Source of the DNA: Hyaloraphidium curvatum SAG 235-1
Lineage: Eukaryota; Fungi; Monoblepharomycota
Direction of reading: 5' to 3'
NCBI GenBank assembly: GCA_025558095.1
Contig: JAIVFI010000001.1
Coordinates: forward strand, 1,426,001 to 1,490,000
Length of the DNA stretch: 64,000 nucleotides
The translations under genes were made by a program, and so were the position numbers. The notes beneath the pieces are model-generated. The model saw only the letters and a list, made by a program, of their open reading frames with translations. It searched no databases and was not told the origin of the DNA. Below, one piece after another: positions 22,534 to 37,239 of this stretch; the first letter of the stretch is position 1; each line of letters begins with the position of its first letter.

Positions 22534-23335
22534 ATGGCTTTTCCCCTGGCATTGGCCGGTCCTCGGGATTTTCTTTCCATAGACCACTTCATTCGGGTGC
22601 GTTGGGGCGCCCTGGTCTACGATCCCACCGTGCACGGGACTGTGCACAACTTTCTTCAAAACTTTGGCGTCTTCGGCCCCTTGCAGTGGGCCCTCATACC
22701 TTCTCTAGCGGTCTTCAATCCAGCATACAACCCTTTTTGGTGGCTGCCAATGCCTCCCTGGTTCCCCTTGCACGCAATGAATAGGGTGCTCCATGGAAAC
22801 ATCCTGATGGCGCAGCCCGTCGGTCCGGCAGTTAAGAAAATGAATGTGATCAATATGGGGATGAACCATGGAATGCAATCGGGATCCATCGGACGCTACT
22901 TCCAGATCGCCAACGGTGATACAACCAACATGGTCAACAGGGAGTTCCGGGCGCTTGGCAATGCCATCATGAACGGACTGGCGCCCCACATCCTTGCCAT
23001 ATTGCTCATACCTGGACATCAAGGCATGCCCGGGTTTCCGCCTGCACAGGCGGTCATCAAGGTCTTCTGCCAGAACGTCTTCAACGGACCCGCCCTCTGG
23101 CAGTGCGTAAGCAATCATCGATCGAGACCTCTACTACTGACTTCATATCTCGACCAGGACGGTTCAAAACATCGACGCAATACCCATTCTGATGCACTTT
23201 CGGTACCTGAGGATCAAGCCTCTGATCATCTACTTCATCGGCCAGAATTCCGGAACCGCCTTCCCCATGACCACCGGGCTGACGACGCTGACGATCGACG
23301 TGCGCTTCCAGCTCGGCAATTTGGTAGTTGTTTAG
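22534..23335 (+). CDS. Orphan hypothetical protein, about 248 aa, divergent from Fanzor; predicted intron 23103-23157
   Basis: Removing GTGCGT..CTGAC..CCAG keeps the frame open to TAG 23333-23335, with consistent hydrophobic composition in both exons. Confidence 0.5.
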
Positions 23336-23483
23336 CTTATGGTGGAGACAGAGATAGAGCGTCAGAATGATATGCAGTGGTTAGGAATTCAAGGGCCTGC
23401 TTTAGGCAGTGATATAGAACTTCTTTTGGCACAGAGTCCCGGTTGTTTTGAATACACCGTTATCTTTCGGAGGAGCTACGGCA

Positions 23484-24446
23484 ATGAACGCGACAGACGC
23501 GACGTGTCCATGTCGAGACCATACTCCCGTGACAGTGGGAGGCACGGGACTGTATCATTCCATCGTCGGGCCGGCAGTGGAAATGCTTGGCGAACCGCTG
23601 GCCTTCGTACTCCTGACCAACGCCGTGGTCAACATCGCCAACTGGCCCCTCACTTGGCTGTACCTGGCTGCGGACAAGTACGGCTGGCGGAAGGACATTC
23701 GGATCTGGCCGAACAAGTACGCCGCTGATGAGCTCGTCCGGGAGACGATACCGGACATCGGCACCGCGCTGGTTCAGAACCTCCTTGACCAAACTCTAGG
23801 TTTCTTCCTTCCGTACTACGTGTTCAAGTTCACGTTCGGGATGGACATGCTGGGACCGCTGCCGACGTGGACCACGGCGCTGTTCCAGTTCGTTGGCATC
23901 CATCTGCTCACGGACTTTCTCTTCTTCTGGATGCATCGCGCATTCCACGAAAACGAATGGTTGTGGAAGAACGTCCACAAATGGCATCACCAGTACAACT
24001 ACCCGAATGCACTAGCCCACTATCACTTCAGCAGGCAGGAGCTCATGATCCAAAGAATCTTCAAGGACTGGCCAACGCTCATCCTCTTCAAGCCCCACTT
24101 CGCCTTATGGCTGGTTTACCAAGCTTACAACGAGGTCCTAGACATTCAGATTCACTGTGGATACGACCACGGTTGGGCCTGGGCTGGCGCATGGATGGGA
24201 AGCCGTGTCAGCTGGCACCACTACCATCACAACCAACCGGGGAAGGGAGCCTACACGCTGTGGTGTGCATGGATTGATCGTCTTTTCGGGACTGCGAGGA
24301 ACTACGACACCTGGCTCGAGGCCTCGGAGGCGAGGAAGGGCACCGACGATGGGACGGTTGAAAAGATCATGTTGGAGGACGATAGCGGCATCGTCGGCAA
24401 GGGGGGGATTTACGCGAAAGATGCGAAGGCTGAAAAGTCCGAGTGA
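23484..24446 (+). CDS. Sterol desaturase / fatty acid hydroxylase superfamily protein (ERG25/ERG3-like)
   Basis: His boxes HRAFH, HKWHH, HCGY and HHYHH, with hydrophobic segments. Confidence 0.85.
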   Translation: MNATDATCPCRDHTPVTVGGTGLYHSIVGPAVEMLGEPLAFVLLTNAVVNIANWPLTWLYLAADKYGWRKDIRIWPNKYAADELVRETIPDIGTALVQNLLDQTLGFFLPYYVFKFTFGMDMLGPLPTWTTALFQFVGIHLLTDFLFFWMHRAFHENEWLWKNVHKWHHQYNYPNALAHYHFSRQELMIQRIFKDWPTLILFKPHFALWLVYQAYNEVLDIQIHCGYDHGWAWAGAWMGSRVSWHHYHHNQPGKGAYTLWCAWIDRLFGTARNYDTWLEASEARKGTDDGTVEKIMLEDDSGIVGKGGIYAKDAKAEKSE

Positions 24447-24713
24447 TTATTTCGTATGAAACCATCTCGTTTTTGGCAGTGTAGAATAGTACGATTGCGG
24501 GGACGTGGGTCACCGACAAGGTCACCGACGAGTTTCGCCGCGCCGCGACGCGACAGAACGGACATCACATCACGTCAAACCGCGCCGCGTTCCGTCTTCG
24601 TCGGCCTTTGAGCATATTTAAGCGAGAGACGCTCGGACGGACCGCAGCGCGGCTCTTGAGGACTACGCCGCACCGTCTCCCACCACTCAACCGGCGCCCC
24701 GCCGCCCGAACGA

Positions 24714-25455
24714 ATGGCCTCCATCGACCTCTCCGCCCCCAAGCCCCGCGCCGAAGGTCCACTCGCCAGCAGCTCGGGTGCCCACGTGACCGTCAAGGAA
24801 CTCCCGGAACGGCTGTACGCGGGTATCGCCGCAAGCGTGACGATGCAGACGATTGGGAGCGTGTACGGCGACAACATGGAGATGCTCAACGAGTTCCTGG
24901 GCGGAAAAATGGCAGGACCCCCGTTTCTGAACTACAAGGTATGGCAGAACTGCTCGTGCGTTCTCGATTGGTGATTGAAGCTCGTTGCCATCAAGGTCAT
25001 CGACATGGACCGGCTGCTGCAGGTCGAGCTCGGTTTCCCTGTCACGTCCATCGACGGTCTCAAGCATCCCGAGGGCAAAAACAAGCAGTTTGTGTCAGCA
25101 AAGCTGCCTGCAGGGCGCTATGCGTGCATGGTTTTCAAGGGACAGTGAGTATCTTCCCCGCTCTCCGAGGCTGACCGGTGCTGACGGCTCGCCAAAGCCC
25201 GGGAAAGTTGATCCAGGCGAATGCCGACATCCAGGCCTGGTACGTGCAGTGTCCAGTCAATTGCATGCCTCAGCCTGATCATTGGCCACGGGTTCACGCA
25301 GGGAAAAGGAACAGGGACCGGAAACCAAGTTCGACGTTCGGCAGACGCCCGAAGGCTCGAAATGGGGCGCGAGGCTTGAGATCAGCTTGACGGACCCCCA
25401 GCAGCAGCCGGACATGGAGGAATGGGTGACGGAGCTCCAGTACTTGCTGCGCTGA
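24714..25455 (+). CDS. GyrI-like small-molecule-binding protein, bacterial type, three introns
   Basis: Spliced product ..PERLYAGIAASVTM..GPPFLNYK|VIDMD..LPAGRYACMVFKGH|PGKLIQANADIQAW|..WGARLEISLTDPQQQPDMEEWVTELQYLLR; donors GTATGG, GTGAGT and GTACGT. Confidence 0.75.
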
Positions 25456-25614
25456 GGGGGAGCAAGCTCGAGGGAAAGGGAACTCTGGCGTTTAGCTGCG
25501 TCATTATTTTGCATGATTTGAATCTGAATGGATTTTGGTGTTCGAGCTCATCATCCCTCCGACGGCGGGCTCAAAAGGGCGGTTCAATAATTTGGTGTAG
25601 GACCCTGAAAGAAG

Positions 25615-26724
25615 ATGCACGTCGTGCTCATCTCCACGCCCGTCGGGCCTCTGGGATCCGGAATGGGCGGCGGGATGGAGCTCACTGTCGCGGCTCTCGC
25701 CGAGGAGTTTGCAGCCCTCAGCTGGGACGTGACGGTCGTGGCACCGCACGGCTCGGTGCCGCTCGCCGCCCCTGTGAAGACCATTCCGGTGCCAGGAGGA
25801 CTCCAGATTCCCAGCCAAACACAGGCACGGGACACCCCCATTACGATGCCGCCCAATCCCGTCCTCGCGGCGATGCTGCAGGCGACCCGCGAGCTCCTCT
25901 TGGGACCCCGTCCGCCGTCGATCGTGATCAATACGGCCTACGACTTCCTCCCGCTGTTCTGCACCCCGTGGATGCCCCTGGTTCATTTCGTATCGATGGG
26001 ATCATTGAGTGACGGGTTCGACGCGGCGCTGGCGTCCGCACTGGCTGCGCGCCCTAGATGTGCCGCTGCTCTGACGCGGACCCAAGCCGAGACCTTCAAA
26101 TCGCTTTCGAGCCAGATCGAAGTGGTGGGCAACGGCCTGGACCTTTCTCCGTACGTTTTCAGACCGGAAGCTGGGGACCATCTGGCGTGGGTCGGCCGCA
26201 TCTCGCCGGAGAAGGCGCTCCAGGACGCCATAGCAGTCGCCGAGCTCGTGAACCTGCCCCTTGTCGTCTATGGACTGTGTCAGGACAAGGATTACTATCG
26301 ATCCTGCCTTGCAGCCCATCCGCGGGCCAGGGTGGAGCACGCAGGATTCCTTCCCGTGCCGGAGCTGGGCCGCCGGCTGGGTTCAGCAAAGGCCCTTCTC
26401 GTGACCCCGAAATGGGTCGAGGCATTTGGCAACGTCGTGGTAGAGGCGCTTGCGTGCGGCGTGCCCGTGGTGGCGTACGATCGTGGAGGGCCGGCCGAGA
26501 TCGTGACCAACCAGGTGACCGGATTCCTCGTCCCAGCCGACGATGTCCATGCGATGGCAGCAGCGGTCAAAAAGATCGGCAATATCGACAGAGTAGCATG
26601 CCGACGCGACGTAAAGACTCGTTTCACCAAGAGGGCTTTCGCATTGCGCGTATTGGACTGGGCAACCCGCGCGCTTGGAGTCGTGGCACACGAACCCGTT
26701 CCGCTGCTGCCCGTCGAGGCGTAG
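25615..26724 (+). CDS. GT4 glycosyltransferase resembling cyanobacterial UDP-glucose:tetrahydrobiopterin glucosyltransferase
   Basis: STPVGPLGSGMGGGMELT, AYDFLP, HFVSMGSL, WVGRISPEK and TPKWVEAFGNVVVEALACGVPV (Ex7E); intronless. Confidence 0.85.
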   Translation: MHVVLISTPVGPLGSGMGGGMELTVAALAEEFAALSWDVTVVAPHGSVPLAAPVKTIPVPGGLQIPSQTQARDTPITMPPNPVLAAMLQATRELLLGPRPPSIVINTAYDFLPLFCTPWMPLVHFVSMGSLSDGFDAALASALAARPRCAAALTRTQAETFKSLSSQIEVVGNGLDLSPYVFRPEAGDHLAWVGRISPEKALQDAIAVAELVNLPLVVYGLCQDKDYYRSCLAAHPRARVEHAGFLPVPELGRRLGSAKALLVTPKWVEAFGNVVVEALACGVPVVAYDRGGPAEIVTNQVTGFLVPADDVHAMAAAVKKIGNIDRVACRRDVKTRFTKRAFALRVLDWATRALGVVAHEPVPLLPVEA

Positions 26725-26755
26725 AGGAAGCACAGGAAGTACATAAACCATAACA

Positions 26756-27760
26756 TCAGTTGGTATTGAGCAGTGTTTTGACCCAGTTCTTGCACCTCTC
26801 GAACAAACTCATGCTCGCGGTGGCCATGGCGGCGCTGAACACGACCCTCGCCCCGGATCCCTTCCACAGTCCCCGGAAACCCTCGTTGGTGACGATGGCC
26901 TTCAATCCGTCGGCCATTCCCCGGTATTTGAAGCCCAGGCCGCCTTTGACCTCGGATGCCTCGCCCCGCTGCACCTGCAGCCGGAGCTTGACCATGTCCA
27001 GCGGGTTCGTCAACCAGCTGGCGAGACCACCCGCCGCGCACGCGGTTCCAATCTGCCAGCCCATGGGCAGCAGATCCGTCTTCTGGAGTTCGAGGCGCCG
27101 CTGCGCAAAAGCCTTGAACCACTCGTAGAACATGAAGTACAGCGCGCTGTTGGGTCCAAAAGAAGCAAGGGTTGCCCAGTACCCCTTGTATAGGCCACGG
27201 ATACCTTCGCCGCGGGAAATCTGCACGATGGCATCGGCACCGGACTTGTAGTATGTCCCGCCGCCGCCGACCTTCTGGATCTGCATCCGTTCCTTCACCA
27301 CGTCGATCCTGGAGAGCAGACGCGTCAACACCGATCAAAGACCGAGCGAGCCTGGGAACACCCACGGAACCCAGAGAATACAGGAAAAGGCCTCGGCGAC
27401 CATCCCGGCCACGAAGAAGTTGAGCTCGTCCGGCATCCTCGCCCCCTCGGGCAGCTCGGTCAGCGCCGACTTGGTCACCTCGTACGAGGTGAAGTAGAGC
27501 ACGCTCGCCGGGCCGCTTCCGATCATGGTCGGGAAGAAGCCGCGGTACAGGCCGCGGAGGCCCTCGGTCCGCATCGTCGCCGAGAGCCCGTGGACAAAGT
27601 TGCGGTACCGCGGGTTCCCCGACGACGCGTCGGCCTGCAGCCGCGCCTTGATGGTGTCGATCGGGTGGCACGGAATCCGCGAAATCATGCCCGACAGGGC
27701 CGAGCCCAGCATGGTGGGAAGGTAGCTCTTCTCCGAGCCTGAAGCGGCCGAAGGAGCCAT
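26756..27760 (-). CDS. Mitochondrial carrier (SLC25) protein, one intron
   Basis: Three carrier repeats: PIDTIKARLQ, (P)IDVVKERMQ and PLDMVKLRLQ, each followed by EGxRGLY/WKG. Confidence 0.9.
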
Positions 27761-28035
27761 TTTCGCGCCGGTTCCGCCCGAAACGTGCCAAGTCCAATGT
27801 CGAGTGACGGGCGATGTTGGCTCAGAGCGTTCCTACTGCGATGTTTCGCGCGGCCTTTGTTAGGGGGACATGCGATCGCCTCTGACTGCGGCGGTGACGA
27901 GAACGCCGCCCGCGGGCGATCTAGAGATATCGATGACACTTCGATTCGTCTTTTTCCAACGATAGACAATGATAAGCATAAGCTTCCAGATACCGTGATG
28001 ATGACCCTGCTCCCCTAGACGCCGCTGCTTCCACA

Positions 28036-30451
28036 TCAGACCACCCTGTTCCCCGAGACCTCGAAGCCCCGCAGGCCCGGCGCCCGCCCGACGAGCTGCG
28101 CCTCCGTCGGCGCCCCCCCGTTGTCCGAAAACACCCTCGGATGCGGGCTCCTCGCCCAGACGTTGTCCACGATCCGCAGGTCCGCCGCGGTGTCGCTCCA
28201 GATCCGCGCGCGCTCGTCGATCTCGGGCACCGCCGGGTCGGGCTGCTCGATCCTGTTGCCGCTCACCACGGACCGCCCGACGTTGGCCAGGCTCATGGCC
28301 CATCCGGGCGTGTTGCGCACGACGTTGCGCTCGATCCGTATGTCCGTGAAAAAGTCGGTCACGGGGGTGTAGCTGCTCCCGTAGCCCGCGGCGCGCACGA
28401 GGATGCACCCCTGCCTGAACATCCAGTCCACGTCGCACCCGTCGAACACGTTGTCCGCCACCACCGCGTCCCGCACCCCCGTGCCCTCGTTGGTCCCGGC
28501 GTCGGCGTGGATCATTATGCCGGGCATGGCGATGTTGCGGAAGGTGGACCCGAGCACGGCCGACTCGCCGACCTTGAGGAGGATGCCGCGGGCGCGGTTG
28601 TCGTGGCAGGTCAGGTTGCGCACGAGGAACTTGGGCGCGCGGCGGCGGTCGTTGAACAGGATGGTGGTGGAGATGTTGCCGCCCGTAGGGAAGCTCGAAT
28701 TGAACTCGAGGTCCCACCCGACGCGGCGGTCGAACGACGCGCGGACGAGGGTGCCGACGAACCAGTTGGAAAAGTCGGCGTTGCGGAGCTGCACCACGTC
28801 GCCGGGCATGAAGTCCGGATCGGTGCCCGCCGGCGGCCACCGCGAATCGTCGGGCAGCTGCACCGGGACGGAGCCGCCAGACCCGCCGTCGGACGAGCCG
28901 CCGATCACGTCCGGGCCCGCAGTCTCCTGGTTCGGGATCAGGATCGACGACGGGCCCGTCCGCCGGAGGCCGTAGTTGCCCCAGATGGTGTCGTGGTTGT
29001 TGATGCAGTCGTCCCCGTTCCAGCCGATCTCGACGTCGGCGACGAGGATCTTGCCGTGCGTCTTTTCGTAGAACAGCCCGTCCGCGGTGACGCTCATGGG
29101 CCTCGGCTGGCCCGTCAGCGCGTACGGCTCCTCGGGGCGGGTGATCTTCATGCGCGTGAAGGACATGTACTCGCAGTCGTCCTTCATGGTCATGGCCTTG
29201 CCGGGGGCCGAAACGATGTTGACCTCGTCAAAGGCGCAGTGCACGCATAGGGCGACGGTGAAGGCGTGGCCGGTGTAGACGAAATGGCGGATCAGGTAGG
29301 TGGCGTTGAGCTGGAACGCAGGCCGGAGCACGCGGGTGAAGCGCAACGTGATGATCCTGGTGCCGGGCACGGGCGAGATGCGCTCCAGGTTGCTGTTTAT
29401 GCTGAAGTGCTCCGTGGCGCCGCGGAGGGCCATGTTGTAGCGCACGGGGTCCACCATGTGCAGCGAGCGGTAGCCCGCGATCTTGCGGGGGTCGAACGGC
29501 GGCAAAGACGCCTGGCGCTGTGCCGTGCCGTTGGAGCCGCCGCCGGGCGCGCCGTACTGGAAGAACTCGAGGTCAATCTCCCTGCCCTCCTCGCGGATCG
29601 CGGCCATCTTGACGAGGCTGGCGAGCGGCCACACGTCCCACTGCCAGTCCACGGTGAACCCCCGGAACTCGCACCGGGTGCAGTTGACGACGTGCATGAG
29701 GTGCGAGATGCGGACCATCCGCACGAACGACAGCGTGGTCTCGGGCTGGCCCGGCGGCGCCCGCAGGTCGAGCGAAAAGTCGGTCAGGTTGACGAAGTCC
29801 ACGGCGCGCTCCTGCGAGAAGCGGTAGGTGCCGCCGCGCTCGGCCACCAGGCGGCACGGCACGGCGGCGCGGCGGCATGCGGCCACGGCCATGCTGAGCT
29901 CGAACCAGTTGTCTGCCTTGGCCGTGTCCATCCCATAGTCGTTGACAGAGACAACCATCTGCGCCGAGCAGTTGGGGCGGCGGATGAGGTCGGGCGTGAC
30001 CCACGCCGGGTCGCCGGGGCGCGGGGTGTATATGGGCCCGGCGCGCGAGGCGGGGCACGGGAAGAGCGCCGACACGTTGGCCGCCGCGGGCCGCACGGCC
30101 GGGTCGAGCAGCAGCCTGTCCTGCTCCTGCCAGGAAGGCGGCCCCGACGACACCGAGCCTAGCAAGTGACCGGAATCGATGTTAAATGAACGCTGAAATT
30201 GAAAGCTGGGAAGGAAACCCACTTGCGGTGGAGCTCTGCGACGACTTCGACACGGAGACGCCGACGCCCACCCCAATCGCGACCGCGGCGACCAGCCCCG
30301 CCGCGACGCCCGCCCAAATCCATTTCCGCTTCGACGACGGGGACGGGGCGGGCTCGGCCACCTCGACCTCGAGCCCGTCCTTCGCGGGAACTTTGGCGTC
30401 GCCGACGAGCGTCTCGGCCGACGGCGACGGGGGCAGCCCGCCGGTGCCCAT
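28036..30451 (-). CDS. Membrane-anchored right-handed beta-helix carbohydrate-active protein (GH110-like); intron 30159-30222
   Basis: N-terminal TM helix WIWAGVAAGLVAAVAIGVGVGV; beta-helix motifs TADGLF, GDDCINNH, DNRARGILL and IERNVV. Confidence 0.7.
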
Positions 30452-30808
30452 CGCGCCCGGAAAAGGTGCGAATGAAAACGCCTGCAAGTAGACGGCCCGG
30501 AACCGCGGATGCCCGCGGGAGCGCGATGCCTGTGCGCGAGGGCACTCGGCGCGGGAGACCACGCAGGGGAATGTGGCTGGGCGCCCGGCCCGATTTGGGC
30601 AGATCAGCTTTTCCTCGCGCAACGCCGCCCCACCGCGGACGAACGTGAGAGCTCTATATATCGACAGTTTTGATGCTTCGAAAGCTATTTCACAATTCGC
30701 CGGGCCACATCCGGCGTCCGGCGCCCGCAACAGCCTCCAACCAGATTCCCTCCACCTGTCCACCGTCCGACAACGTCCAATGGTAAGATGGTCGTCAAAT
30801 CGTCGTCT

Positions 30809-33962
<3,154 letters not shown>

Positions 33963-34675
33963 CGCGGCGGATCTGCGGGTATCGGCGGCGGGCGAGCTGC
34001 GCAGCGGAGAAGGCGGGCGCGGAGCAGGAAACGGTAAGATGCGCGAATGGGGTCGCGGCGGGGCACGCACGGGTCCCCGGGAAGTCCGGGAAGGCGGGAG
34101 TGATTGGGGCACTGGGGACGAGCCTGCGCCTGGCCCAGCGTGGCCTATCGGAGCGATCTCCAAACTTCCCCAGAACATTCTCGTTGCGTGGCCCCACAAA
34201 CCGACGACCCGAAGCACCGAGAAGTTGTAACAGGCAACGAGCTGCCAAGTACAGAGAAGGAATCCGGTGACAGGAGACAGTTGCTACCTCCTGCGAGTCA
34301 AAGATCGGACTGCGAACTGGCCCGACGCCAGATCTCCATCCTGAGCGATCATTCACCACATTCACTAGGGCGGGACAGTGGCAAGACACCGAAGCGCATT
34401 CTATATGCTGCCCCTCGAAGCATCCTTGGTGGCCGGCTGTCCAGCTCGAGATCAGCACTTTGGCTATGCCACCAGATCGCGAGACCAGTGAGTGCGGCCC
34501 GTTCCATGGATCCAACTCCAATCGTCCGCCGACCCTTTTTGGAGCTCATCCGCTCATCAGCATGCTATGTTCTTGATCTCGATGGACACCACGTGAGGAT
34601 TGGCCACCGCGGGTGTTGCTGATCAGCTCTCGCGCGATCTCCTTTGGTCCTCCTTCTGTCTCCCTCCAAACCACG

Positions 34676-36133
34676 ATGGCAGAGCGCATCGGGCAGATCA
34701 ATGTGCATCTCGCCGCCACTGCGCCGGCACGCACGCTGCATGCCGACTACGCGGTCGTCGGCTGCGGCATCGGCGGGCTCGCATTTGCCGACACGCTGCT
34801 CTCGTCGTCGCCCACCGCGACGGTGATCGTGGTGGACAAGCAGGACCGCCCTGGGGGACACTGGGTAAGCGCGTATCCCTTCGTGAAGCTCCACCAGCCG
34901 TCTGTGCTCTACGGCGTGGCGTCGATGCCGCTCGGCAGCGGCCGCATAGACGCGTCGGGAGGCAACGCGGGGATGCTGGAGCTAGCCACGGGCACCGAGA
35001 TCCTGGCCTACTGCGAAAAGGTGGTGCGTGAGCGTTTCCTGGACAGCGGGCGGGTGACGGTGCTTTGGATGCACGAGTACGATTGGGGCTCCGGCACGGC
35101 GCGGAACCTCGTGTCGGGGGAGGTTGTCGGGCTGGTCGGCCGCAAGCTCGTCAATACGGCACACGAGGCGGTCGAGGTGCCGTCGATGCGGCCGCCGCCC
35201 TTCCCCGTCTCCCCGAACGCCCTCTGCGTGCCGCCCAACGCCGTGCCGGCCCATCCACGCGCCGCGCGCTTCGCGATCCTGGGCACCGGCAAGACCGCGG
35301 TCGACACCCTGCTCTGGCTACTCGACCGCGGCGCAGATCCGGACAGGATCACCTGGATCGTGCCGCGCGACACGTGGTTCGAGAACCGCGCGCCGCACCA
35401 GCCTGCCGAGGTCTTCCGCCGGAGCGCCGCCGCGTTCGGCCGGGCGATCGGCAAATCGATCATGGACGCGACATCGCTGGACGACGCGCTGCTCCGCCTG
35501 GAGAAGGCCGACGTGCTGTTCCGGCTCGATCCGGCGGTGATGCCGAAGATGTTCCACGGGGCCACGATCACGGCGGTCGAGCTGGCGTCGGTGCGGCGGA
35601 TCAAGGATATCGTGCGCATGGGCCGCGTGTTGGAGATCACGGACGGCGGCATGCGCATGGATGGTGGGTTCAGAGAGATGCCGCCGGGCACCCTCTACGT
35701 GGATTGCACCGCGGCGGGCCTCAAGAGGCGCGCGGTGCCCACCAAGGTGTTCGACGGGGACGTGATCAACCTCCGCCCGCTGTACGCGATGCTGGTGGCC
35801 TTCAGCGCCGCGCTGGTCGCCCACGTGGAGGTCTCGTACGCGGACGAGGCCACCAAGAACCTGCTATGCGACCCGGCCCCGTTCTCGGACCTGCCGGCGC
35901 ACTACTTCACCTCGGCCCTGAACAACAACCGCAACCTGGCCAGGTGGTACGCCGACTGGGACCTGGTTCGGTGGCTATCGGGGTGCAGGCTCTTTCCGGT
36001 GAGCTACTTCGTCGACATGCCTAAGAACGAGGAGGAGCTCCGCATCGCGGCGGCGAGGCGCGCGGAAAAGTTCGAGGCCGAGGGGAGCAAGATGCGGCGG
36101 ATGCTCGAGGAGGCGGGCGTGGAGATCGCTTGA
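34676..36133 (+). CDS. FAD/NAD(P)-dependent oxidoreductase, bacterial type, intronless
   Basis: DYAVVGCGIGGLAFADTL, PGGHWVSAYPFVKLHQPS, second Rossmann motif ILGTGKTAVD, and YVDCTA. Confidence 0.8.
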   Translation: MAERIGQINVHLAATAPARTLHADYAVVGCGIGGLAFADTLLSSSPTATVIVVDKQDRPGGHWVSAYPFVKLHQPSVLYGVASMPLGSGRIDASGGNAGMLELATGTEILAYCEKVVRERFLDSGRVTVLWMHEYDWGSGTARNLVSGEVVGLVGRKLVNTAHEAVEVPSMRPPPFPVSPNALCVPPNAVPAHPRAARFAILGTGKTAVDTLLWLLDRGADPDRITWIVPRDTWFENRAPHQPAEVFRRSAAAFGRAIGKSIMDATSLDDALLRLEKADVLFRLDPAVMPKMFHGATITAVELASVRRIKDIVRMGRVLEITDGGMRMDGGFREMPPGTLYVDCTAAGLKRRAVPTKVFDGDVINLRPLYAMLVAFSAALVAHVEVSYADEATKNLLCDPAPFSDLPAHYFTSALNNNRNLARWYADWDLVRWLSGCRLFPVSYFVDMPKNEEELRIAAARRAEKFEAEGSKMRRMLEEAGVEIA

Positions 36134-36415
36134 CCGTCACGTTCGATGAAGGGCAGCCAAGCACTAGTCCAGTGAGCACCACGCTTTGCGAGGAATTGGT
36201 GCACGGGACAAGGGCCGATATGTAGGATAAATCATAGAATAACTCACTTATTGGGCGAAGCGGCCGCCGCAGGCGACGTTGCCGTTCGAAGTCAGATCCA
36301 AACTGTGCTCCGGCCACGGATGGGAAGAAAAGGATACATTCCAACACGGGTGTACAACAAACAGGGAGGCACACCACCAGTAAGGAAGCTAGGTACATGA
36401 GGCAGGTGTCCATCA

Positions 36416-36860
36416 TCAACCACGGCACACGCCGGACTGGCAGACCCCCCCAATGACGCAGTTGTCGCCGGGGCAGCACGGCATCCCATCTTCGCCGCAC
36501 TGGCAAGTGCCGCCGAAGCAGCCGCCCGCGGAGCAGGTGTTGCCGGCGCAGCAGGGGCCGAACAGATTCCCGCACGGGGTTCCGTACGACCGGTAAAAGA
36601 GGCGCTGGTCCCGCGGCCGTACTTCATGCAGCGCACCTCGTCGCCGAGATACTCGCCTGCGCGGGCATCGGCGGGTCAGCGGAGCCGGGGATGGGGAAGG
36701 ACGGGTGAGACCTACAGTAGGAGTCGAGGGGGCACTCGGCGCACGACCGGGTCTCCAGGGTGCGGCCGACGGGGGTGCCGTCGGCGCGGGGGAGGTGCGC
36801 GGCTAGCGCAAACATGGCGGCAAGGGCCGCGGCGAGCAGAGCGTGGGCGGCGAAGCGCAT
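36416..36860 (-). CDS. Small secreted Cys-rich protein with two apparent frameshifts (assembly error or pseudogene)
   Basis: Signal peptide MRFAAHALLAAALAAMF; SCAECPLDSYC|EY across an intron. The Cys-rich continuation PCGNLFGPCCAGNTCSAGGCFGGTCQC..PCCPGDNC..VCQSGVCRG needs frame changes near 36600 and at a G6 run near 36445. Confidence 0.55.
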
Positions 36861-37239
36861 GGTTGTCGGGGCTGGCACGGCGCGAGCGGTGTAAGATCTT
36901 GGGGAAGATGGGAGGATGAGGTGCGGCGATGCCTGGGATGGCCGTCGGCGTAATCTGATGGTCACTGAGCAGTTGTTGCCGCGCTAATTGTGCCGACGGT
37001 TTCCGCGCCGGCCGCATCGGGCCGCCTTGCCGACCCCGCCCGAACCTGGCGCCTGAACGACTTCGCACGCTTTTCCAACGCTCTGCACGGAGACACCGCC
37101 TGGGACAGCCTCGGAACTTACCGTTCGGCGAGGCCAACTAGCTTGCAAGGCGGCAGCGTCGGCACGTTTGTCAAAGGGACCATCAGGTTGCTTCTGTCCA
37201 GACCATCACCAACCGGCCAACCGGCCCCGATTTTGTTGC

